63,382 nt of DNA. Origin: an uncultured Bacteroidota bacterium. GTDB taxonomy: Bacteria; Bacteroidota; Bacteroidia; UKL13-3. The stretch lies in the NCBI GenBank assembly GCA_903834625.1, contig CAILJQ010000265.1, positions 1 to 63,382 on the forward strand, in the 5' to 3' direction. The position numbers and the translations under genes were made by a program. The notes beneath the pieces are model-generated. The model saw only the letters and a list, made by a program, of their open reading frames with translations, had not been told where the DNA came from and made no database searches. This document shows, in pieces, positions 28,997 through 37,534 of this stretch (the first letter of the stretch is position 1; each line of letters begins with the position of its first letter).

Positions 28997-29557
28997 TCAA
29001 ACTGCTTCAGATGGATTATTGTTTTGTAAAGGATTTTTTTTCTTGAACCGAATAAGGGCGTACCCCGCATAAACCACAAACATTCCTAATAACAAGCCAT
29101 ATAAACCTACCAAAAAATCTAGTCGGCCAATGGTTGGATTGGTTAAAATCAAAAAACCAAAGCTGCCAGAAACTAGGGAATTGATATATAAAAAAATGCG
29201 GTAGCCGGGAATGAAATAAGAGGAAACAAGGATAGATATACCCATGATGATGGCAAATACCCCAATGATATTGGTAAATAGGGTGGTAGCAGTAGCCATA
29301 TTTAACATGATGTATCCACCAGTTAACAAATCTACCAATCCCCAAATAAGTCCTAAAAACCAAGCCTTATTGCTCTTGCGTAGCAAAATAGACAGGGCAA
29401 AGTATAACAACCCAGATAACAAGAGAATAATTCCCAAAAAGTTCATGGGACCATAAATGGTTTTTGATTCCATGAAAAGTACCAAAAAGCCGAAGAGCAT
29501 AAATAATACTCCCCTAATCACCAAGGCCCAGCCAGCACTTTTTCTGAACGTTTCCAT
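28997..29557 (-). CDS. HdeD/DUF308-like membrane protein
   Basis: 186 aa, six hydrophobic helices with a repeated two-helix pattern. The family call is tentative. Confidence 0.5.
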   Translation of the reverse strand: METFRKSAGWALVIRGVLFMLFGFLVLFMESKTIYGPMNFLGIILLLSGLLYFALSILLRKSNKAWFLGLIWGLVDLLTGGYIMLNMATATTLFTNIIGVFAIIMGISILVSSYFIPGYRIFLYINSLVSGSFGFLILTNPTIGRLDFLVGLYGLLLGMFVVYAGYALIRFKKKNPLQNNNPSEAV

Positions 29558-29666
29558 TAATCTTATTTTTATAAAAATAGGTTATTCGGGCAAAAATGGC
29601 AAATCATTTCACAATAAAATGGCTCAAGGTTTGTTTTTATGCTAAATCAATTAAATTCGCCGCGTG

Positions 29667-30089
29667 ATGAGAATAACCACTTTAATAATTGCCCTACTCT
29701 GTTTCTTCCATATAGATGCATTTGCACAAAAGAAAGTTGGAGGAAAAATGCTCAAAGGATACGATGTCATTTATCCATTTAAAAACGGTCGCGCCAAAGT
29801 GATTAAGAATGGTAAAATGGGTTTTATCAATATGCAAGGCGAGGAAGTTATTAAACCTGAATTCGATCAAGTATATCCTTTTGAAAAGGGTTTGGCTCGC
29901 GTAGAAAACCAAGGTTTATTGGGCTTAATAAATGATCAAGGAGAAATACTGTTAGATCCTATTTATGATTATATAGGCACCAGCAAAGATGGCTTGGTTA
30001 TCATAACCAGAAAAGGCAAAAAAGGATTGGTTAAAATAACAGGAAATACACCAGAAGGAGTAGAGTATTTGGTAGACGTACGCGATTAG
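29667..30089 (+). CDS. WG-repeat (KWG) protein, secreted
   Basis: Signal peptide, then repeated units: YPFKNGRAKVIKNGKMGFINMQGEEVIKPEFD, YPFEKGLARVENQGLLGLINDQGE. Confidence 0.65.
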   Translation: MRITTLIIALLCFFHIDAFAQKKVGGKMLKGYDVIYPFKNGRAKVIKNGKMGFINMQGEEVIKPEFDQVYPFEKGLARVENQGLLGLINDQGEILLDPIYDYIGTSKDGLVIITRKGKKGLVKITGNTPEGVEYLVDVRD

Positions 30090-31252
30090 TTTTCTGTTCG
30101 AACCGAGGCCAAACCTAAGCCCATATCTAAATAATCAAAAATATCTGCAGGCAGTTCATCGCCAGATTTATCAGCACGTTTGTGGCCTAAGCGCACAATA
30201 ATTATTTCTTTAGCCGGGATACAAAAAATATACTGACCTTTAATTCCTCTCGCATAAAAAATATCGAGTCCTTTATGGTTTAACACCCACCATTGATAGC
30301 CATATTGGGTATTTGGTTTTCCATCTTTGGTTTGCAAAGGTGCTGCTACCATACTTTGAGCAATAAAAGCACTGTCAATAAGTTGCATGCCATCCCATTT
30401 GCCATAGTTCATGGCTAGTTTTCCAAATCGCGCAAAATCGCGGGCAGTGGCGTAATAACAACAGCTTACTTTTTCCATGCCATCTTCTTTGTCTAAACTC
30501 CAATATGCTTTGCTTTCAGCGCCTATTCCTTGCCATAAACTACTGGCGTATTCAGAGATGCTTTTGCTGCCTAAAACCTTTTGCAAAATCATTCCTAAAA
30601 GTTGGGTGTCTCCACCTTTATATTCATACACTTTTCCTGGCTCATTTAATACCGGAGGATTCATAACAGTAGCATTCACATCCGATCCGTAATAGGCCTT
30701 TGCTGGCCATCCAAATAGACTACCATAACTCTCTTTAAAATCAAGTCCAGAGCTCATCATCAACAAATGTTTGATGGTAATGTTGGCGTATTGGGTTTGA
30801 CTATATTCTGGGATGTAGGTGCCTACCTTTTCATCTAAACTTTTAATCAACCCTTCTTTTAAGGCTTTGCCAATAAGCAATGAGGTAAAACTTTTGGCCA
30901 TAGAAAAAGAATTGCTGGGTGTTTCCACATCGTATCCAGCAAAGTATTCCTCAAATAGTAAACTGTCTTTTTCTATCACCAAAAAGGCGGTAGTTTCAAA
31001 GGAGATGGATTTATTCCTTAGCGTTTCATTTACCTTTACCTTCCCATAATTCACAGATTTAGGCCATGCTTCAGGTTTGCCCAGAGCAATTTTTCTGGTT
31101 GGAAAATCGTTTAACTCATCAATACCCGGACCTAATTTTCCTCTGAAAATGGTCATAGATAAGGTTCTATAAATATGGTTGTTTCCGCTCAGGTGAATTC
31201 CTATCACCAAAACCAACAGGATAAAAGAAACAAGGTAAAGAGTTTTACGCAT
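30086..31252 (-). CDS. beta-lactamase-related serine hydrolase
   Basis: 388 aa with an N-terminal TM/signal and the SxxK active-site motif SMAKS in a class C/PBP4*-like context. Confidence 0.8.
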   Translation of the reverse strand: MRKTLYLVSFILLVLVIGIHLSGNNHIYRTLSMTIFRGKLGPGIDELNDFPTRKIALGKPEAWPKSVNYGKVKVNETLRNKSISFETTAFLVIEKDSLLFEEYFAGYDVETPSNSFSMAKSFTSLLIGKALKEGLIKSLDEKVGTYIPEYSQTQYANITIKHLLMMSSGLDFKESYGSLFGWPAKAYYGSDVNATVMNPPVLNEPGKVYEYKGGDTQLLGMILQKVLGSKSISEYASSLWQGIGAESKAYWSLDKEDGMEKVSCCYYATARDFARFGKLAMNYGKWDGMQLIDSAFIAQSMVAAPLQTKDGKPNTQYGYQWWVLNHKGLDIFYARGIKGQYIFCIPAKEIIIVRLGHKRADKSGDELPADIFDYLDMGLGLASVRTEN

Positions 31253-31312
31253 GGTGTTACAATCAACGATGCGCTAAGGTATATTCTTCCCTCACAAAAT
31301 CAAAGAGAGGTC

Positions 31313-32275
31313 TCAATTGCCCCTAAAACTATATTCATTGCGGGTGATACCACGCACTTCTACCTTGTTGTTTTGGAAATATTCGGTCTGAACCAATAGG
31401 CCGATATCATTATATTGGTAAATGTACTTGTATCTGAGCTTTCCGTTTCTTCCAAAATAGGTACTTGTGGCCCTTTCTTTATTGGGATGATAGGTGTAGG
31501 AGCTTTTCCAAACCAATATTCCTTTGTGGTTAAACCTTTCAGTAGCCAATAAACTGCTATCTGCTGCATAGGTATATACTGTACGTTCCACCTTATTGCC
31601 CTTTTTTGTTTCAAATATTTCTACGAAAGAACCATCGGTGTTCAATGATTTTTTTGTACAATAATTCACTTTGGCTTTTTCTATTTCACCCTTCATATCA
31701 CATTCATACGAATAGCTCCTTTGAAGCTTATCTTTTTTATAAGTGCGGGAAGCTTTTCTAGAGCCATTTTCCCAGTATTCGTATTCAAAGCGGTAGGTAG
31801 ATTTGTTTTTATGGTTCAACTCTTCTTGCTTCACAACTTTGCCTTTTTCATTGTACTCCCTAAAGGTAGTAGCTTGCGGGTTCTTCAAAGATTTTTCATA
31901 ATAAAGCGTTTTGATCCAATTGCCTTTTTCGTCATATGCATAAAGGTAAACATAAACGGTATCTCCTTTTTTCATTTTAACCCGAGAGGCCATTTTATCT
32001 TTTATGAAGGTTGTATGAAATTCTACGTCTTTTTTTGGACGTAACTCATACACATAATTTCCATTCTCATCATAACGAGACAAGTGTTCAGCGCCTTTTT
32101 TGAATTTCCCCTTTTCAGAATACGTGGTATGAACCTCCTTAACCTTGTATTTTTTGTATAAGTTTTCCTTTGATGAATACATGGTATAGGCAGTGAGTGT
32201 CTCTTGGGGAAATACTTGCGCCTTTATAGAAAACATGCAGGCAAAAAGTAGCGTTAAAAGAGTTAATTTTTTCAT
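31313..32275 (-). CDS. secreted repeat protein (YD/RHS-like beta-hairpin repeats), hypothetical
   Basis: 320 aa with a signal peptide. It has roughly 20-25 aa periodic motifs: YSEKGK, YDENGN, YDEKGN, YNEKGK, WENGS, GRNGK. Confidence 0.4.
   Translation of the reverse strand: MKKLTLLTLLFACMFSIKAQVFPQETLTAYTMYSSKENLYKKYKVKEVHTTYSEKGKFKKGAEHLSRYDENGNYVYELRPKKDVEFHTTFIKDKMASRVKMKKGDTVYVYLYAYDEKGNWIKTLYYEKSLKNPQATTFREYNEKGKVVKQEELNHKNKSTYRFEYEYWENGSRKASRTYKKDKLQRSYSYECDMKGEIEKAKVNYCTKKSLNTDGSFVEIFETKKGNKVERTVYTYAADSSLLATERFNHKGILVWKSSYTYHPNKERATSTYFGRNGKLRYKYIYQYNDIGLLVQTEYFQNNKVEVRGITRNEYSFRGN
31385..31394 (-). repeat. iterated motif copy GGTTCAGACC
   Basis: The plus strand reads GGTCTGAACC. In the sense of the repeat-protein gene it encodes LVQTE. 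Confidence 0.9.
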
Positions 32276-32395
32276 GGTATTTGCTGTAACGATAGTAGGA
32301 GCAATATTATTTTCCTTTCTATTGAATCAATTTTAACCATATATCTACAAGTTTCCAAAAAAGAGTTAAAGGGGGTTGGAGGATGGCGACCACGT

Positions 32396-32446
32396 GGGGT
32401 CGCCCCAACGGGGGTCGCCCCAACGGGGGCCGCCACAACGGGGAAG
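32396..32446. repeat. GC-rich 15-bp tandem repeat (3 copies plus a partial)
   Basis: GGGGTCGCCCCAACG at 32396-32410 and 32411-32425. GGGGCCGCCACAACG at 32426-32440 (2 mismatches), then GGGAAG. Embedded in AT-rich intergenic DNA. Confidence 0.9.
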
Positions 32447-32469
32447 TCACAAGGCAAACTACTTTACGC

Positions 32470-32483
32470 TACCCTATAGGGTA
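32470..32483. repeat. 14-bp perfect palindrome TACCCTATAGGGTA
   Basis: Read directly from the sequence. Intergenic, between the groEL terminator and the GC-rich array. Confidence 0.9.
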
Positions 32484-32533
32484 CTATAATTCCAAATGGA
32501 GAGAAAAGATACAGCCACGGGTTAAAATAAATC

Positions 32534-32572
32534 AAAAAAAAAAGGCCGCCTCGTTAAAGGCAGCCTTTTTTT
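32534..32572. terminator. bidirectional rho-independent terminator downstream of groEL
   Basis: An A-run, then the stem AAGGCCGCC / GGCAGCCTT (one mismatch) with an 8-nt loop, then a T-run. It begins 20 nt after the groEL stop. Confidence 0.6.
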
Positions 32573-32591
32573 AGTATGAAAAGTGAATCGA

Positions 32592-34552
<1,961 letters not shown>

Positions 34553-34597
34553 ATACTAAATAATTTTAAAGTGTTTAATTGGATACTCATGCTTAGC

Positions 34598-34605
34598 CAA
34601 AGCTA
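34598..34605 (-). promoter_or_regulatory. candidate -7 box (TAGCTTTG) for groES-groEL
   Basis: The reverse complement of CAAAGCTA matches TAnnTTTG, about 45 nt upstream of the groES ATG. No convincing -33 TTG was found. Confidence 0.3.
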
Positions 34606-34749
34606 TGCCAAGCAGAAAATGCTGACAGTTTTTCACCTTTTTGGTCAAAGGCCTTGAAAAAATGGCAAGAATGAAGGAAAATCGAATAATTTTGTTGGCC
34701 AAGGCAACCGGGGGAACTGAAAAAATGACTACCCCATAAGCAGCACCAC

Positions 34750-35313
34750 ATGTTAAGCAATGAACCGGATATCATCAAAGGTTGCCTTGAGGGCGACAGA
34801 GCCAGTCAAAAGGCTCTCTATGAGCACTATGCCGGTAAAATGCTGGGGGTTTGTATGCGATATGCCAAAGACAGGGCAGAAGCCGAGGATATGTTACAAG
34901 AAGGTTTCTTAAAAGTTTTTCAGGGTATTTCTAAATTCAAATTTGAAGGAAGTTTCGAAGGATGGATTAGACGTATCATGGTATATAATGCCATCAACCA
35001 CTACAAACATAGGAGCAGGAAATTCCAAGAAGATTTGGATCAGGAGCATTACGATGCTGTTTTCCATGACGACATATTGGAGAAAATTTCAGCCAAAGAA
35101 ATTGTGGCATTGATCCAACATTTACCTGAGGGATACCGTGTCATTTTTAACCTTTATGCCATTGAAGGATACTCCCACAAGGAGATTTCCGAGAAGTTGA
35201 ATATAGCAGTAGGAACCAGTAAGTCTCAATATTCTCGCGCTAAGCAGTATATGCAAGGTTTATTGGCCAAACATTATCAGATTTTAAATGAGCCCTTTGA
35301 AGAAGCAAAATAG
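34750..35313 (+). CDS. ECF-type RNA polymerase sigma-70 family factor
   Basis: 187 aa with region 2 (EDMLQEGFLKVF) and the region 4 HTH (EGYSHKEISEKLNIAVGTSKSQYSRAK). Confidence 0.85.
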   Translation: MLSNEPDIIKGCLEGDRASQKALYEHYAGKMLGVCMRYAKDRAEAEDMLQEGFLKVFQGISKFKFEGSFEGWIRRIMVYNAINHYKHRSRKFQEDLDQEHYDAVFHDDILEKISAKEIVALIQHLPEGYRVIFNLYAIEGYSHKEISEKLNIAVGTSKSQYSRAKQYMQGLLAKHYQILNEPFEEAK

Positions 35314-36937
35314 TTTTGAAGAGAAGTTGAAGGAACAGATGGATAGCATGGAGCTAAAGCCTTCTGATGCCTTGTGGAGTAGAATCGAGCGTAATATACA
35401 AGCCGATTCTTTTGAGCCAAAGCTTCAACAAAAATTAAGCGATTACACCGTTGAGCCACACCAAGAAGTTTGGGAGCAAGTGGCTTCTCAATTACCAGAA
35501 AACAAACGCAGAAAAGGCTTCCTTTGGTTTGCTTCTGTTTGTGCCATTTTATTGGCAACTTTTGGCGCTGGATATTGGATGAGCCATACAACCAATTCAT
35601 CACAGCAAGTGGCTCAAACAACTGCCATTGCGCCTGCAAACCAAACACCCTCAGATGCAGCAGTGTCATCCTCAAAACCGTTGCCAAGCAAGCCTATTCA
35701 TATTGAACAAGAGCCATCTGTAGCAACACCTGCTGAGGCCTTGGTTCAGACCGAAAACAACCATACGCTTGCTAAACCGCAAAGTGCTGAACAAAATAGC
35801 AGCGGTTACGCCAACCAAGCTACTGCGCCCGCTAGCACTGCGCCTAAAGGAAGAAAATTAAATAGAAGTAGCACAAACACTTCAACTCAAAGTTTACCAC
35901 AGGCTACAAGAAATGTAAATAGGAGTGTAGCATCAAACAATGCAGGTGTTAGCAATGGATTACCTCCCAACGCAAGTGAATTAAACCAAACGGTAAATTC
36001 AAATTCATCTGAAACTCCTCAGAACAATGGAGGTTTGCAAACGCCAATTGCCTCTACAAAATCTGATGAAGCCAAAAATAATTCTGATAAGCCAAACAAT
36101 ACAGATACTAAAACCAATGCTGAACCAAAAGTAATTTTAGAATCGGTGAGTATTTTGCCTCCTGCACCCAAAGATACCTTTACAGAAACTCCTGTTTTTA
36201 GAGGAAATAGTTATGTGGCTCCAGAAGAGAATTTTACGAATTTTTCTATCAGTGCAATGGCTGGGGCAAACCTAACTTTTATGCAATTGTCAATGCCGCA
36301 AAATTCAAGCTATACCGGTTTGCAACATGCCTATGATTTGCGTAAAGAAATTGAAAAACCTGCCTTAGATTTTTCTGGTGGTTTAACTTTAAACTACCAT
36401 TTTGGAAAGTCGTGGTTTGTTTTTTCCGGTATTGGAATTAGCTCATTTAAACAAGACGTTACTTTTGCTGTATTACCCGCCAATCAAAGTAATCCACCAA
36501 GAATACAACCTGTAAATTTATATATGAACGCCAACGATTCTATTATAAGCGGACCAGGCAATAGTTATGAAAATAAATATAGCTTTACTGAAATTCCATT
36601 GTGGTTGGGTTATCAATTTCCATCAGACAAAAAAGTACACCTTGAGTTAATGGGAGGCGTATCCTATGGACGTTTAAATTTGGTGAGTGCCTATATGCCA
36701 GATCCGGGATGTATTGGAATGTTGGTTATAAATGATAAGTCATCATTTCCAACCTTTAAAAATGTATTTTTCCTGGGTATAGCCCCAGCAGTTTCATTTA
36801 ATATTAACAGCTCTGTTGATGTGGGTGGTATGATAAGTGCTAAAGTTGCGCTTAATAGTATGGTTGACAATAGCAATTGGATTCAACAAAAACCGGCTTC
36901 TACAGGTGTTAATTTATTTTTACGTAAGCGTTTTTAA
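35288..36937 (+). CDS. putative anti-sigma factor with a C-terminal outer-membrane beta-barrel-like domain
   Basis: Overlaps the sigma gene by 26 nt. It has a roughly 75 aa hydrophilic N-terminus and one TM helix (GFLWFASVCAILLATFGAGYWM). A roughly 200 aa S/T/N/P/Q-rich linker follows. The C-terminal roughly 230 aa show alternating beta-strand character and end in ...RKRF, a terminal Phe typical of OMPs. Confidence 0.5.
   Translation: MSPLKKQNSFEEKLKEQMDSMELKPSDALWSRIERNIQADSFEPKLQQKLSDYTVEPHQEVWEQVASQLPENKRRKGFLWFASVCAILLATFGAGYWMSHTTNSSQQVAQTTAIAPANQTPSDAAVSSSKPLPSKPIHIEQEPSVATPAEALVQTENNHTLAKPQSAEQNSSGYANQATAPASTAPKGRKLNRSSTNTSTQSLPQATRNVNRSVASNNAGVSNGLPPNASELNQTVNSNSSETPQNNGGLQTPIASTKSDEAKNNSDKPNNTDTKTNAEPKVILESVSILPPAPKDTFTETPVFRGNSYVAPEENFTNFSISAMAGANLTFMQLSMPQNSSYTGLQHAYDLRKEIEKPALDFSGGLTLNYHFGKSWFVFSGIGISSFKQDVTFAVLPANQSNPPRIQPVNLYMNANDSIISGPGNSYENKYSFTEIPLWLGYQFPSDKKVHLELMGGVSYGRLNLVSAYMPDPGCIGMLVINDKSSFPTFKNVFFLGIAPAVSFNINSSVDVGGMISAKVALNSMVDNSNWIQQKPASTGVNLFLRKRF
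35743..35752 (+). repeat. iterated motif copy GGTTCAGACC
   Basis: Inside the anti-sigma gene, encoding LVQTE. Confidence 0.9.
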
Positions 36938-37111
36938 GCTTAATAATTTCATACATACATCATACTTGCTCATACTTACTTAGGCATTGTATTGTTTAAT
37001 TGTGATTGATATTCAATTAGCCTAAGTTTATTGTTTGGGCAAATAGTTTACTTATTAGACATACATTCATTGCGCTTAGAAGGCAACCATTCTTTTTTGA
37101 AATTAGGGCAT

Positions 37112-37150
37112 AAAAAAGAGGCTGACTCCAATGGAGACAGCCTCTTTTTT
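37112..37150. terminator. bidirectional rho-independent terminator (anti-sigma gene / secG)
   Basis: AAAAAAGAGGCTG-actccaatggaga-CAGCCTCTTTTTTT, with A and T runs on either side, between convergent genes. Confidence 0.7.
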
Positions 37151-37165
37151 TATTAGGAATATTTT

Positions 37166-37531
37166 TTATTGTGCTGGTTGACCTTGAGCAGCACCAGCAT
37201 CTTGAGCTGGTTGTGTTTGCGCAGGTTGTGGTTGTTGCGGAGCTGCAGGAACTGTTTGCTCTTCAATTTTGCCTTTGATACGTGATTCGTTTAAGCCTTC
37301 TTGACCTTCATTGGTTGGTCTGAAAAAGTTAGACAATAAAGAAAGAGAGATTAAGGCAATTGCCATTACCCAAGTTGCTTTTTCTACAATATCTGTGCTG
37401 CGTTTAACGCCCATAATTTGGCTTGGTGCAACAAAGTTAGCAGCGATACCGCCTTTTGGGTTTTGGATTAATACCAATAAAGTCAGTAACAAACATGCTA
37501 CTACGATTAAAATTAAAATTACTGTTAACAT
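37166..37531 (-). CDS. secG: preprotein translocase subunit SecG
   Basis: 121 aa with LLVLIQNPKGGI and two TM helices, plus a Q/P/A-rich C-terminal tail. Confidence 0.85.
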   Translation of the reverse strand: MLTVILILIVVACLLLTLLVLIQNPKGGIAANFVAPSQIMGVKRSTDIVEKATWVMAIALISLSLLSNFFRPTNEGQEGLNESRIKGKIEEQTVPAAPQQPQPAQTQPAQDAGAAQGQPAQ

Positions 37532-37534
37532 ATC

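Noticed and set aside
32383-32574. 63-aa ORF encoding GRPNG-GRPNG-GRHNG pentapeptide repeats across the GC-rich array
   Set aside because: The repeat peptide is just the in-frame reading of the 15-bp DNA repeat. The ORF runs through the groEL terminator hairpin, the GGAGG abuts the ATG with no spacer, and there is no supporting homology. It is kept only as a remote possibility under the GC-array finding.
34553-34749. Looked for a CIRCE (HrcA) operator upstream of groES
   Set aside because: No TTAGCACTC-N9-GAGTGCTAA-like inverted repeat is present, consistent with Bacteroidota lacking HrcA/CIRCE control.
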